A DNA stretch of 64,000 bases from Gammaproteobacteria bacterium (GTDB lineage Bacteria; Pseudomonadota; Gammaproteobacteria; JBCCGL01). The notes beneath the pieces are model-generated. The model was not told where the DNA came from. It saw nothing but the letters and a program-made list of their open reading frames with translations, and searched no databases. The stretch lies in the NCBI GenBank assembly GCA_965277715.1, contig OZ255836.1, forward strand, positions 1,184,001 to 1,248,000. The letters are read 5' to 3'. Shown piece after piece: positions 1 to 10,658 of the stretch (the stretch's first letter is position 1; each line of letters begins with the position of its first letter). The translations under genes were made by a program, and so were the position numbers.

Positions 1-308
1 CATGTGCCTGTACAGTATGGTGTACTTTACCGCTGATAAGCAATCAGGAAACCATGTACCCCCACAAATTACCCTGTCAAAACAGCCTTTAATATCGAAT
101 GTTTCTCGCCTGGAAAAAATTCCGATATGCTGCTTCAAAACTGCTCTGCCAATGCCTGGAACAGCTCGGCGAAAGACGAACAGGTTGAGCCTAAAACTCA
201 GCCTAAAGATGCCATTATTTCCTTAACAATAGTGAGATAAAACGAGAGCCAACAAAAAGAGATCCTTCTCTAAAATTCGCTGATGATATTTCATCAATAT
301 CAAAATAT

Positions 309-399
309 TGGCGGAGAGCAAGGGATTCGAACCCTTGATACGCTATTAACGTATACATACTTTCCAGGCATGCTCCTTCAACCACTCGGACAGCTCTCC
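309..399 (-). tRNA. tRNA-Ser (anticodon GGA)
   Basis: Reverse complement reads GGAGAGCTGTCCGAGTGGTTGAAGGAGCATGCCTGGAAAGTATGT...GGTTCGAATCCCTTGCTCTCCGCCA, with acceptor stem, GGA anticodon loop, long variable arm, TTCGA loop and CCA end. Confidence 0.96.
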
Positions 400-424
400 A
401 AAAATTTTTACTACTAAAACTTAA

Positions 425-760
425 TTAGTTATCCCCTCCTCTGGGAGTGTAAACAGGTGACGGAAACTGAGTAACATTACCGCTGATTTCAGTCACTTTA
501 CCAACGCCTTCTTTTTCCACTTCATCGATACGGATAACAGCATGCATCGGCACCAGAGTTTGCGTAACGCCTTCAAACTCATCTTTTAGCTTTTCTTCTG
601 CAGGGTCGACAACCACCGTAGTGTGTTCACCGAAGATTAATCCCTCAACGACCACGAAACCGTACAGTTCGCCCTGATAAACATCTTCCGCGTAAAGCTC
701 ATAGAGCTTGTTTTGCCCCATAAACTTCACTTTGTACAATGTCCGTTTACCGTCTTTCAT
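425..760 (-). CDS. DUF1820 family protein
   Basis: Recognisable pattern LYKVKF..QNKLYELYA...VVVDPAEEKLKDEF...PMHAVIRIDEVEKEG. Confidence 0.8.
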   Translation of the reverse strand: MKDGKRTLYKVKFMGQNKLYELYAEDVYQGELYGFVVVEGLIFGEHTTVVVDPAEEKLKDEFEGVTQTLVPMHAVIRIDEVEKEGVGKVTEISGNVTQFPSPVYTPRGGDN

Positions 761-896
761 ACAGTGTTCTCTGGTCTCATCCTATTAGGTGCTGTTAGCA
801 CTAGCTTTATTGCATTACTCAAAAGGCCCGCGATTCTATCACGACTTTGTTTTGAAAGAAGGTTTTTTACCAGACTAATACCGGTGCTAACAAACC

Positions 897-1685
897 CTAA
901 CGTTTTTTCTGCCCCCGGCCAGGCTTAGAGGCTTTCAGTATCAATTGATTATTTGACTTCAATCCCAGGTCGGCTTTGATTTTGCGCAGGTGATCGGGAT
1001 TTAAATCGCTCCATTTGCCCGGTTTTAGCCAGCGCGGCAGGACAATTGCCCCATAGCGTACACGCGACAGACGGCTAACCGTCAGTTCTTGCGACGCCCA
1101 CAACCGCCTCACTTCACGGTTGCGCCCCTCCCGCACAATGACATGATACCAATGGTTGCGCCCCTGACCACCAATATCCACTATGTTGTCGAAATGCGCC
1201 ATGCCATCACCCAGCTCGACACCCGTGCGCAAGGTCTGTAACTGTTCATCACTGGCCTGGCCAAAAATGCGCACAGCGTATTCGCGCTCCACCTCACTGG
1301 ATGGGTGCATCAGCGCGTTGGCCAATTCACCGTCTGTCGTCAGTATTAACAGACCACTGGTATTGATATCAAGCCTGCCTACCGCCACCCAACGGCTGTT
1401 CTTCAAGCGTGGCAGGTGGTCAAATACGCTCGGCCGCCCTTCCGGGTCTTTGCGACTGGTAACTTCACCTTCTGGTTTGTGGTAAATCAACACCCTTTGT
1501 CGGTTGTCACCGGCCATAACGCGGTAGCGATAACCACGCACGGTAACGGCATCACCTGCTTTAACCTGCGCACCGAGTGTCGCCTTATCATTATTGACGC
1601 GAATTGCACCGTCGCTAATCCAGCCCTCGACTTCGCGACGCGAGCCAAGGCCCGTTCGCGCCAGCAATTTTTGAATTCTTTCCAC
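897..1685 (-). CDS. rluB: 23S rRNA pseudouridine synthase RluB (S4 domain + RsuA family)
   Basis: ERIQKLLARTGLGSRRE S4 motif, VGRLDINTSGLL catalytic motif, EGRNREVRR. The start is trimmed to a GTG because the longer ORF is antisense to moaB. Confidence 0.88.
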   Translation of the reverse strand: MERIQKLLARTGLGSRREVEGWISDGAIRVNNDKATLGAQVKAGDAVTVRGYRYRVMAGDNRQRVLIYHKPEGEVTSRKDPEGRPSVFDHLPRLKNSRWVAVGRLDINTSGLLILTTDGELANALMHPSSEVEREYAVRIFGQASDEQLQTLRTGVELGDGMAHFDNIVDIGGQGRNHWYHVIVREGRNREVRRLWASQELTVSRLSRVRYGAIVLPRWLKPGKWSDLNPDHLRKIKADLGLKSNNQLILKASKPGRGQKKR

Positions 1686-1776
1686 GTATTTTCCAGGCAC
1701 CTGCAAGTAACAGACTATTCTATCAAATCGTATGGATTTGATATGATCTATATCCCCTCTTGAAGCGATATACACC

Positions 1777-2298
1777 ATGAAACAAACCAGCGCATTTATT
1801 CCCCTCAATATCGCCGTACTGACCGTCTCAGATTCACGCACTCTGGCCGAGGATACCTCCGGGCAACTGTTAGTGGATAAACTGGAAGCCACTGGACACC
1901 ACTGCGCAGACCGCCAGTTAGTGCGCGATGACAAATACGCTATCCGCGCCACAATCAGCCAGTGGGTCCTGGATGAAAACATCAACGTGGTATTGACCAC
2001 AGGTGGCACCGGCATAACCGGCAGGGACGGCACACCCGAAGCCATCAAACCACTGCTTGACAAAGAGATAGAAGGATTTGGAGAAATGTTTCGCGTATTG
2101 TCTTACCAGGACATAAAAACATCGACATTGCAATCACGCGCTTTATCGGGCGTTGCCAACGCCACCTACATCTTTGTATTACCGGGGTCTTCCGGCGCCT
2201 GCGCTACCGCCTGGGACAGCCTCATCACAGCGCAACTGGACAACCGCACAATGCCGTGCAACCTGGTAATGCTAATGCCCCGACTCAATGAAAAATAG
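1777..2298 (+). CDS. moaB: Molybdenum cofactor biosynthesis protein B
   Basis: IAVLTVSDSR, TTGGTGITGRDGTPEA, LPGSSGAC. Confidence 0.93.
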   Translation: MKQTSAFIPLNIAVLTVSDSRTLAEDTSGQLLVDKLEATGHHCADRQLVRDDKYAIRATISQWVLDENINVVLTTGGTGITGRDGTPEAIKPLLDKEIEGFGEMFRVLSYQDIKTSTLQSRALSGVANATYIFVLPGSSGACATAWDSLITAQLDNRTMPCNLVMLMPRLNEK

Positions 2299-2446
2299 GT
2301 GTTTGCGACTAACACTACAAACTCATCCCAGCAGCAATTAGCGCCAGCCTATTTTCCACAGGAACAGTTGGCGCACTATCGTATTGACTAGCAAGGTATT
2401 CACACGCCCTGATGCAATATCAGCTAAACATTACACCGACACCACA

Positions 2447-3001
2447 TCACCCAGGTTCATTGATATCAATCAAATCACCCAACGCAACCCGCATTTCAAG
2501 CAACGTAGGATAATCAGAACGAAAACCATTATCACCACGTTTCTCACAACTGAGAGACAACACATCCGGTTGCTCGGCAGAAACCAAGTGCATATCAACC
2601 CGATACAACACAAAACTCGGCAACTCCAAAAAGATTGAATTCGACGCCACATAAGTCTTTGATGCAGTCGTGTAATCGTTACTCTCACGCACTTTGAGGA
2701 TATCAAAATGCCCAGGCTGCACCGTTTGTTGCGGCTGATCGCTGTATTGAACATCCCGCACCAACACACTGCAGTAGGCATCCCAACGATTAATAGCCTT
2801 TTCAGCGAGGACAGTGCCGTTTTGCATAAAAACACGCGCCCGTTGATCGGGAATATCTAAATTTGCCTTAATTTGCACAGTAGACGCAGGGTTTACAGCG
2901 GGGCGAGTAGTATAGGTTGTTGGTTTTCCAGCACAGGCGCCCAATAGCGAGGCAGTAACAATTAACCAACTGATGGTTGTAATCGATTTTACCTTGTACA
3001 T
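2447..3001 (-). CDS. Hypothetical lipoprotein
   Basis: Signal peptide with lipobox LGAC; 184-aa ORF in an otherwise empty gap. Confidence 0.7.
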   Translation of the reverse strand: MYKVKSITTISWLIVTASLLGACAGKPTTYTTRPAVNPASTVQIKANLDIPDQRARVFMQNGTVLAEKAINRWDAYCSVLVRDVQYSDQPQQTVQPGHFDILKVRESNDYTTASKTYVASNSIFLELPSFVLYRVDMHLVSAEQPDVLSLSCEKRGDNGFRSDYPTLLEMRVALGDLIDINEPG

Positions 3002-3095
3002 TGAAATTACCCTTTCGTGAGTCTCGAGTGTCTAGGACAGGCAATCGACAATCAAGTTTCTCTCTATTTGGTAAATATCAATACCCTAATTCGAA

Positions 3096-3923
3096 TCAAA
3101 CAGCCTTACGCGATTTAATCAAATCGTAGGCCTCACGAATCTTTTGTGTTTTCTCCGTGGCTAACTTAATCATTTCCTGTGGCAAGCCTTTTGCCACCAA
3201 CTTATCCGGGTGATGTTGGCTCATCAATCGGCGGTAGGCCTTTTTAATATCGGCATCGGGCGCCTGCTCAGATACTCCCAACAGCTTATAGGCATCACCA
3301 AGGCTGATCCCCGAATCCATTGGCCGACGGTACTCACCGCTACCCTGGTTATCATCCTGGCGATCACCTGTGCCGCCTGTCACACTGGCGCGTACCAGCG
3401 CTTCAATCTGTCGGTAAGCCTGCTCATGAAAACCCAGCAACTGGCACACATGCAGCAGTAGCGCATCTTCAGCCGCGTGTAACTGACCATCGGAGTAGGC
3501 CGCCTGTACCTGTATTTCGATAAACACACGCATCAGGTTTTGCCTGCGTGCGCACTCACGGCGAAACTGTTCAATAACCTCTTCCAGGGGGAAATCTGCC
3601 TGTTTTCCCTGATCGAAGAGGTTGATCGCGGCACGGCGCATATCAGCCGACAGATTCATTTGTGCCATTACCGATTGGGCCAATTGAATTTCACCCCGGG
3701 TAACCTCACCGTCTGCCTTGGCGATATGCCCCATAGTGGCGAAAGTCGCGGTAAAAAAAGCCATCTGCACCCGCTGTTGATCACCGGGGGCCACGACATC
3801 CTCGTCCAGGCTGCCTAAGCCCTTATCAAAGCTGTGCCCAAGCGCCGCGCCAATCAAGATACCCAAAGGCCCGCCAAGTAAAAAACCGCACGCACCGCCT
3901 AATACTTTTCCCCACCAACTCAT
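3096..3923 (-). CDS. djlA: Co-chaperone DjlA
   Basis: MSWWGKVLGG membrane anchor, TerB-like AKADG motif, C-terminal J domain with HPDKL. Confidence 0.95.
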   Translation of the reverse strand: MSWWGKVLGGACGFLLGGPLGILIGAALGHSFDKGLGSLDEDVVAPGDQQRVQMAFFTATFATMGHIAKADGEVTRGEIQLAQSVMAQMNLSADMRRAAINLFDQGKQADFPLEEVIEQFRRECARRQNLMRVFIEIQVQAAYSDGQLHAAEDALLLHVCQLLGFHEQAYRQIEALVRASVTGGTGDRQDDNQGSGEYRRPMDSGISLGDAYKLLGVSEQAPDADIKKAYRRLMSQHHPDKLVAKGLPQEMIKLATEKTQKIREAYDLIKSRKAV

Positions 3924-3975
3924 CGTCTACTGCCTCTCATGTATTACCCTCTCAATTGGACGTATTTATACTGAC

Positions 3976-5037
3976 TCATGCTGATCTCAATTGGGTAGCT
4001 TCACGCAAAAAGCTGGTTGCGTAGCTCCCGTTATCCAGGTGGAAGTGGATTTTCAGGATATCCTCACCCAGCCACTGCCACTGCAGATTTTTTGCAAAAG
4101 TGCGCAGTGCCCGCCGTTCGTGTTTCATTTTGTATGCCACTAGGCCATCAGCCAGGCCATCGGCCAAATCGTGGCACGGGCCATCGTCAAGCGCCGCACT
4201 GCGGGCAAAACAAGCCTGCTCCCATGCGTGTTGTTGCATCGATGTCATTGTCTTGCCAGCGCCCCACATCGGCCCGGTAAGGTGTACATCTCCCTTATCC
4301 AGCCGGGGCTGTAGCGTAGCGTCCTGTTGGTCGACGCTGAAAACACTGTGAGACCCCGCCAACATTAACACATCGCCCACGCCAACAAGCCCATAGCGAC
4401 CCTCGACAATACGCTGCGACAGCACCCGGTTAAACAGGTAACTGCGTGCCGCCGAGAGGTAGATGCCGCGTTTATTATCACGTTTGTGGCGCCTGCCTAC
4501 AGCGGAGAAAAGCTGGCGCGCCCGCTCAATATTCTGACCTTGGTGACCAAAGCGCTGCCCGCCAAAATAATTGGGAAATCCCTTCATCTGAATCGCCTGT
4601 AAACGACTATCCAGTTGCTGTCTGTCACCGTCAATATCGCGCAGGATAATCATAAAATCATTCCCCGCGTGCGCACCGCGTCGCAATTTACGCCGATGTC
4701 GTCGGTAACTGATAACACGTAAACCCTGCATTTCCAGCGCAGCGGGGTCTGGATCAGGCTTTCCCGGCAAATGCACACTAAACCATTGCGTTGTGACAGC
4801 GCGCCGGTCTTTTAAGCCGCAATAGTTTACATCCCGCTCGCGCACACCACACACAGAGGCGAGGTGTGCGGCGGCAAATGCTGTGTTCATATTGGTTTTT
4901 TCGAGCCGGACAAAAAAGTGCTCTCCATCGCCATCCAGTTCAAAATTTAACACTTCATCCACACGAAAATCATCCGGCATATAGCGGAATGTAGCGGTAG
5001 TCTGTGGCTTACCCAGTAGATAAGCGACATCCGCCAT
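3976..5037 (-). CDS. truD: tRNA pseudouridine(13) synthase TruD
   Basis: DFRVDE, GEH, GLKDRRAVTTQW, GFPNYFGGQRFG, GSYAT. Confidence 0.93.
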   Translation of the reverse strand: MADVAYLLGKPQTTATFRYMPDDFRVDEVLNFELDGDGEHFFVRLEKTNMNTAFAAAHLASVCGVRERDVNYCGLKDRRAVTTQWFSVHLPGKPDPDPAALEMQGLRVISYRRHRRKLRRGAHAGNDFMIILRDIDGDRQQLDSRLQAIQMKGFPNYFGGQRFGHQGQNIERARQLFSAVGRRHKRDNKRGIYLSAARSYLFNRVLSQRIVEGRYGLVGVGDVLMLAGSHSVFSVDQQDATLQPRLDKGDVHLTGPMWGAGKTMTSMQQHAWEQACFARSAALDDGPCHDLADGLADGLVAYKMKHERRALRTFAKNLQWQWLGEDILKIHFHLDNGSYATSFLREATQLRSA

Positions 5038-5244
5038 CGGGTTTGCCCCTATATGATGCATCAACAGTTCCCGGTGAAGTGTGTATCGCAAAGCATTACA
5101 GTCGCGGTGCCGGTTCAAATAGTGTATTTTAGCGACATCGCCCCATTGATGTCCTATGCAAAGCAAAACATGGATAGAAAATTTACCTGTCGGCAGCTAC
5201 AATTTATCCATGCGCGCATCACAGGCTATCAGGTTTAAATCATT

Positions 5245-5457
5245 ATGTTAATCGATGGTATCGATGAAACCAGCCTGCGCACCCGGCTTAACGAGATGAG
5301 GCTGGAACACCGCGATCTGGATATTGTGATTGATACATTTGCAGCCGAGCCCATGTTTAATCAAATTCAACTGCGCCGGTTGAAAAAACGCAAATTATTG
5401 CTCAAGGATCAAATTGCGCGCATTGAGAGCCGTTTGATTCCAGACCTTAACGCCTGA
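5245..5457 (+). CDS. DUF465/YdcH family small protein
   Basis: EHRDLD...RRLKKRKLLLKDQI..IES.LIPD. Confidence 0.85.
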   Translation: MLIDGIDETSLRTRLNEMRLEHRDLDIVIDTFAAEPMFNQIQLRRLKKRKLLLKDQIARIESRLIPDLNA

Positions 5458-5488
5458 TTGTTGAATTTAACCAGCAGTTAAGCCACGC

Positions 5489-5866
5489 TCACCGTTCAAA
5501 AATTACAAACGCCGTTACCGTATCCCCTTCATCTGAAAAGGAGACGTGGTAGTGGTTAATACCTTGCCGTTCACAGCGTTTTGCAGCGATGCCAAGCACC
5601 TGTAATTCAGGTTTCCCCATCGCATCATTGTGCGTAACAAAGTCATGCAGGCTGACCCCCTCGCGAATGCCAGTGCCCAGCGCTTTTGACGCGGCCTCTT
5701 TAATCGCAAACCGTTTAGCTAAAAAGCGTCCCGGCTGGCTACTGTGAATAAATTCACCGCGCTCCTGTTCGTGTAATACCCGGTGGGCAAATCGCTCGCC
5801 AAAACGCTGTAGAGACAATTCAATACGGGTAATAGAAGCTATGTCGACACCTATACCAAAAATCAT
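5489..5866 (-). CDS. acpS: Holo-ACP synthase
   Basis: MIFGIGVDI, LAKRFAIKEAASKALGTG, GKP, HVSFSDE. Confidence 0.95.
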   Translation of the reverse strand: MIFGIGVDIASITRIELSLQRFGERFAHRVLHEQERGEFIHSSQPGRFLAKRFAIKEAASKALGTGIREGVSLHDFVTHNDAMGKPELQVLGIAAKRCERQGINHYHVSFSDEGDTVTAFVIFER

Positions 5867-6030
5867 TACCGGGTTTGCCCTCGTTCAGCTAAATCTATTT
5901 ACAACGCTTTGCAATGCATTGAGCGGGCGTTCAGATAAGTGAGAACGCCCCTAGCACTTTATAATAATATCGCTATCAATACCGGCTTAAAGCTCAGTAA
6001 AACCCCTACTACCCCGTCAAATAGCACCAC

Positions 6031-6489
6031 TCACTTTATCGACATTAGCGCGTGACGGGTATTCTCTTTACGCGCATCGATTAACAAGCGCACCCGCAAG
6101 CGACGAAAGACATGGGCGGGCAATGCATCGCGTGCGAGCACCAGGGCAATAAACCGGTTTCGCTCACTGCGTAAGTGCAACCAGATAAAATAGCGGTTTA
6201 CGATGCTACTCCCCAGCAGACGGGCCACTTCACCGGGTTTGTTATCCACCGAAACCCGCCAGTCACCCGGCGTCTCCCAGACCAGTGAGACACTTCGTCG
6301 ATACCGCTTTAGCGAGCAGGCGAAACTCAACAACAATGCCACAGTGATCGAGAGGTTGAACACCCACGGTAATGGCGACCAGGCGACGCTGCACAGCGAT
6401 AGGCAATACACACAAGCAATAATCACCATAAGATATTTCGAGGTGACCGGCGCAATGCGCAATGGGTAAGTGTGCTGTTTAAAGGCCAT
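6031..6489 (-). CDS. YgfX/CptA-like membrane protein
   Basis: Two N-terminal TM segments, C-terminal D.....FRRLRV motif, lies directly downstream of sdhE as in the sdhE-ygfX operon. Confidence 0.7.
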   Translation of the reverse strand: MAFKQHTYPLRIAPVTSKYLMVIIACVYCLSLCSVAWSPLPWVFNLSITVALLLSFACSLKRYRRSVSLVWETPGDWRVSVDNKPGEVARLLGSSIVNRYFIWLHLRSERNRFIALVLARDALPAHVFRRLRVRLLIDARKENTRHALMSIK

Positions 6490-6512
6490 CCCTATCCTCT
6501 TGGAAGGTGTGA

Positions 6513-6746
6513 TTAATGCGCAGTAATTATACTGATCACTGCATTGATTACCGGGTCATCACTGCTGTCCCGGCCTAATAGCAGAGCATACAAATCGGGA
6601 TCCTGCTTTTCAAGCAAGGCTCGAAATGCACGCTGCTGAGGTTCACTGGCGGCTGCATAGTGGTTTTCCAGATAGCGGGCCAACACGACATCGAGCTCTT
6701 TCATACCCCGCCGACACAACCAGCGCAGCCGCGATAATTCGCTCAT
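6513..6746 (-). CDS. sdhE: Succinate dehydrogenase flavinylation factor SdhE
   Basis: RLRWLCRRGMKELD motif. Confidence 0.93.
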   Translation of the reverse strand: MSELSRLRWLCRRGMKELDVVLARYLENHYAAASEPQQRAFRALLEKQDPDLYALLLGRDSSDDPVINAVISIITAH

Positions 6747-6753
6747 CGCGGGG

Positions 6754-7536
6754 TTATATACGCCGCTGTAACAGCAGTTTTTTTGTTTCTGCGATGGCTT
6801 TGGCCGGGTTCAGTCCTTTTGGGCACACTTTGGCACAGTTCATAATAGTGTGGCAGCGGTACAACTTAAAGGGGTCTTCAAGTTCATCCAGGCGTTCACC
6901 TGCCGCCTCATCGCGGGAGTCGACAATCCAGCGGTAGGCATTCAATAGGGCCGCCGGGCCAAGGTAGCGATCACTGTTCCACCAGTAGCTTGGGCAGCTT
7001 GTGGAACAACAGGCACATAAGATGCACTCGTACAGGCCATCGAGTTTTTCCCGGTCCTCCTTGGACTGCAAACGCTCCCTGTCTGGCGGTGTGGCAGAGG
7101 CGGTTTTCATCCACGGCTCAACCGATGCGTACTGTGCGTAGAAATTCGATAGATCAGACACCAGGTCTTTGACAATGGGCTGGTGTGGCAGTGGGTAGAC
7201 CTTAATATCCCCCTTAATATCCGCTATCGCCATCGTACAGGCCAGCGTATTGGCACCATCGATATTCATGGCGCAGGAGCCACAGATACCCTCGCGGCAG
7301 GAGCGACGCAGCGACAGCGTGGTGTCCATTTCATTTTTTATTTTTAACAGACCATCAAGCACCATCGGCCCACAATTATCCATATCGACTTCGTAGGTGT
7401 CGGTGCGCGGGTTTTCACCCGAATCCGGGTCGTAGCGATAGACGATAAATCGCCGGATATTGTCTGAACCACTCGCATCACGAAAGGTTTTACCGGGCTT
7501 TACAATCGAATTGGCGGGCAGTGAAAATTCAGCCAT
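6754..7536 (-). CDS. sdhB: Succinate dehydrogenase Fe-S subunit
   Basis: [49 protein letters not shown]; start taken at MAEFSLP. Confidence 0.96.
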   Translation of the reverse strand: MAEFSLPANSIVKPGKTFRDASGSDNIRRFIVYRYDPDSGENPRTDTYEVDMDNCGPMVLDGLLKIKNEMDTTLSLRRSCREGICGSCAMNIDGANTLACTMAIADIKGDIKVYPLPHQPIVKDLVSDLSNFYAQYASVEPWMKTASATPPDRERLQSKEDREKLDGLYECILCACCSTSCPSYWWNSDRYLGPAALLNAYRWIVDSRDEAAGERLDELEDPFKLYRCHTIMNCAKVCPKGLNPAKAIAETKKLLLQRRI

Positions 7537-7606
7537 TGTTTTTCTCCAGCATACCTTGCTTACACTAATAATAAATGGGATTAATAAACGGGATTGATAA
7601 GCAATA

Positions 7607-9409
7607 TCAATAAACGCGGGTCTTTGGCGGTATAACGTCACATTCATCCGTCAGGGTATACATATGCACGGGCCGGTAATCGAAGGTCACATCCGCATTT
7701 TGGTCAACCCAGGTCAATGTATGCTTCATCCAGTTGTTATCGTCGCGTTCGCTGAAATCTTCACGGGCATGGCCACCACGGCTCTCCTTGCGATTATCGG
7801 CACCGCGAATAATCGTCTGTGCCTGTATCAATAGATTTTCCAGTTCAAGCGTTTCGACCAGATCGGTATTCCAAACCAGGCCACGGTCAGAGACGCTGAC
7901 ATCGGCAAACGAGGAGACCACCTCGTCCATCTTGCCAATGCCCTCCTGCATCGATTCACCCGTGCGAAAAACAGCGGCGTGCTGCTGCATAGTGCGCTGC
8001 ATTTTGTCGCGAATACTGGCTGTCGATGTAGCGCCACTGGCGTTGCGCAGCTTGTCAAAATTGGCCAGTGACCGCTCGACACCCTCGGTGGTAATTGTTT
8101 TGTGCGGCGCGCCTTTTTCGACCACCTGTGCGGCGCGCATCGCGGCGGCACGGCCAAACACGACAATATCGAGCAGTGAATTTGAACCCAGGCGGTTGGC
8201 ACCGTGAACCGACACACACGCCGCCTCGCCAATCGCCATCAGGCCCGGCACAACCGTATCGGGGTCGCCATCCTGTAGTGTCACCACTTCCCCCTGGTAG
8301 TTGGTGGGAATGCCCCCCATGTTGTAATGCACGGTGGGAATCACCGGAATCGGTTGTTTGCTGACATCGACACCGGCAAAAATTTTCGCCGACTCGGAAA
8401 TACCGGGCAAACGCTCGTTAATCACTTCGCTGCCCAGGTGTTCAAGGTGTAAATGAATATGGTCTTTTTGTGGCCCCACACCGCGACCGGCGTTGATTTC
8501 CATGGTCATTGAACGGCTGACAACATCGCGTGAAGCCAGGTCTTTGGCGTTGGGTGCGTAGCGCTCCATAAAGCGCTCGCCCTCAGCGTTGGTCAGGTAT
8601 CCCCCCTCACCCCGCACCCCTTCGGTGATCAATACACCGGCACCGTAAATGCCGGTTGGGTGGAACTGTACAAACTCCATATCCTGCAATGGCAGGCCCG
8701 CACGCAATACCATGGCATTGCCATCGCCCGTACAGGTGTGCGCTGATGTGGCAGAAAAATAGGCGCGACCACACCCCCCCGTTGCCAGTACCACTGTATG
8801 GGCGCGGAACCGATGCAACGCCCCTGTGGCGAGATCCCATGCCAACACCCCCCGGCACACCCCTTCATCCATGATCAGATCGATAGCAAAGTATTCAATA
8901 AAGAACTCGGCATTATGTTTAAGCGACTGCTGGTATAGAGTGTGCAAAATCGCGTGGCCGGTACGATCCGCCGCCGCGCAGGTTCGCTGCGCAGTGCCCT
9001 CACCAAAATTGGTGGTCATACCGCCAAAGGGTCGCTGGTAGATTTTGCCGTCTTCGGTGCGCGAGAATGGCACCCCATAGTGCTCCAGCTCAATCACCGC
9101 AGGCCCCGCTTCGCGGCACATGTATTCGATAGCATCCTGGTCACCCAGCCAGTCTGAACCTTTAATCGTGTCATACATATGCCACTGCCAACTGTCCGGC
9201 CCCATATTGCCAAGCGAGGCACTCATCCCTCCCTGCGCCGCCACTGTGTGGCTGCGGGTTGGGAATACCTTGGTAATGCACGCCGTCGAAAGACCTTCCG
9301 CCGCCATCCCCAGTGCGGCGCGCAAACCCGCGCCCCCTGCCCCAACGATAACCACATCATAACTGTGGTCGACCAGCTTATATTTATCGAGCATGTTTTC
9401 CACCGACAT
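7607..9409 (-). CDS. sdhA: Succinate dehydrogenase flavoprotein subunit
   Basis: [19 protein letters not shown]-attachment motif, [19 protein letters not shown]. Confidence 0.97.
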   Translation of the reverse strand: MSVENMLDKYKLVDHSYDVVIVGAGGAGLRAALGMAAEGLSTACITKVFPTRSHTVAAQGGMSASLGNMGPDSWQWHMYDTIKGSDWLGDQDAIEYMCREAGPAVIELEHYGVPFSRTEDGKIYQRPFGGMTTNFGEGTAQRTCAAADRTGHAILHTLYQQSLKHNAEFFIEYFAIDLIMDEGVCRGVLAWDLATGALHRFRAHTVVLATGGCGRAYFSATSAHTCTGDGNAMVLRAGLPLQDMEFVQFHPTGIYGAGVLITEGVRGEGGYLTNAEGERFMERYAPNAKDLASRDVVSRSMTMEINAGRGVGPQKDHIHLHLEHLGSEVINERLPGISESAKIFAGVDVSKQPIPVIPTVHYNMGGIPTNYQGEVVTLQDGDPDTVVPGLMAIGEAACVSVHGANRLGSNSLLDIVVFGRAAAMRAAQVVEKGAPHKTITTEGVERSLANFDKLRNASGATSTASIRDKMQRTMQQHAAVFRTGESMQEGIGKMDEVVSSFADVSVSDRGLVWNTDLVETLELENLLIQAQTIIRGADNRKESRGGHAREDFSERDDNNWMKHTLTWVDQNADVTFDYRPVHMYTLTDECDVIPPKTRVY

Positions 9410-9412
9410 AAA

Positions 9413-9802
9413 TCAGACTCCAATGGCAATTTTTAGTACTGAAATCACACCGACCACAGCAAAAAACAAACATAAAAAACTCACCACGACAATGCCCGTA
9501 GTGCGCAACCAATGGGTCGAAACATAATCTTCGATAACCACCTGTAAACCGAGCTGTGCGTGATAAAACATGGCGCCGATCAACAAAATCAAACAGACCG
9601 ATACCAATGGCGACCCCACCCAGGTGATAAAAGCCGCGTGATTGGCTTGCGGTAACGCGGCGGCACACAGGGCCAGCGATACAACCAATGGCAACATCAG
9701 CAGGGCTGTCAGGCGCTGGCGCCACCAGTGGCTAACCCCCTCTTTGGCAGACCCAAGCCCTTTGGCCTTCGACAGCGGTGTTCTTAAATCGGATTCAGAC
9801 AT
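9413..9802 (-). CDS. sdhD: Succinate dehydrogenase membrane anchor
   Basis: GLGSAKEGVSHWWRQRLTA, HAQLGLQVVIEDY. Confidence 0.93.
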   Translation of the reverse strand: MSESDLRTPLSKAKGLGSAKEGVSHWWRQRLTALLMLPLVVSLALCAAALPQANHAAFITWVGSPLVSVCLILLIGAMFYHAQLGLQVVIEDYVSTHWLRTTGIVVVSFLCLFFAVVGVISVLKIAIGV

Positions 9803-9806
9803 GGTA

Positions 9807-10196
9807 TTACCCCGCGTTCAACGCAATCAACCAGGTGATCGCTGTTAACAATATCGCACCGACAATCACCAGTTTGGCCGTGAGATCGGCGGTATCCAGC
9901 TCAAACCCCCAGCCAATATCCCAAAAGAAATGGCGCACACCGTTGCACAAATGGAAATACAGGGCAAAGGAAAAGCCCATCAAAAATAATTTGCCATACC
10001 AGGTGAGCAGATGGGCGTGCACCGCCTGGTAACACTCGGCACTATTTGCCGCAGCGGCCAACAACAGCACCAGCAGAACCGCACCGATACTCAATACGGT
10101 GCCACTGGCGCGGTGGCTTATCGAAATCAGCGCAGTGAGCGGTAGACGGTAGACTTGCAGATGGGGGGAGAGCGGGTGTTTGGGGTTATTTGTCAT
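9807..10196 (-). CDS. sdhC: Succinate dehydrogenase cytochrome b556 subunit
   Basis: PLSPHLQVYRL, SISHRASG, HLCNGVRHFFWD. Confidence 0.94.
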   Translation of the reverse strand: MTNNPKHPLSPHLQVYRLPLTALISISHRASGTVLSIGAVLLVLLLAAAANSAECYQAVHAHLLTWYGKLFLMGFSFALYFHLCNGVRHFFWDIGWGFELDTADLTAKLVIVGAILLTAITWLIALNAG

Positions 10197-10240
10197 CGGG
10201 TGTTTCACCAGTTATTGATCAAATTCAGTCAACGTTTTTA

Positions 10241-10423
10241 TTAAAAATCAATGCAGCGGCCATTTTTTTCCCAATCGCCATAGCGGGTGGGTTCTCTGCC
10301 TTTCGGGCCGCCGTATTCAGTGGCGGTTAACTTATCAGTGAGGTTGTAATCAGATGGGGTGTCGGCATCGGTCATTGACGACGGTTCGGGGCTGGCGGTG
10401 GGGTTTTTATTTTGTTCAGTCAT
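10241..10423 (-). CDS. DUF1674 / SDH assembly factor 4 (Sdh8-like)
   Basis: C-terminal EYGGPKGREPTRYGDWEKNGRCIDF; lies upstream of sdhC. Confidence 0.88.
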   Translation of the reverse strand: MTEQNKNPTASPEPSSMTDADTPSDYNLTDKLTATEYGGPKGREPTRYGDWEKNGRCIDF

Positions 10424-10658
10424 ACGCTTTCTTCTGAAGAATGCCCACAAGTACTCGTTAGCTATCTATTATCGCCTAAAAAAGGCGTTGTTTGATAATT
10501 TTTTCAGAACGCCCAAGTATTGCGTGGAAAATTACCGGCCAATGTACTGACACCGATTCACGCTTCAACTAAAATCCCCGTCTGGTTTTATTGGTTTCAC
10601 CGCCAATACCTGCCCTGCCTACTCAGCCATACGGCTGTCGCGTACTTAGAGATTATCG

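Noticed and set aside
1-308. Possible island integrated at the tRNA-Ser 3' end; ORF 2..226
   Set aside because: No integrase or duplicated tRNA end is visible within the window, and the ORF has no recognisable features
7734-9436. Many overlapping alternative-frame and antisense ORFs here and throughout the window (e.g. 55517..56116)
   Set aside because: They are shadows of well-supported genes and have no motifs of their own
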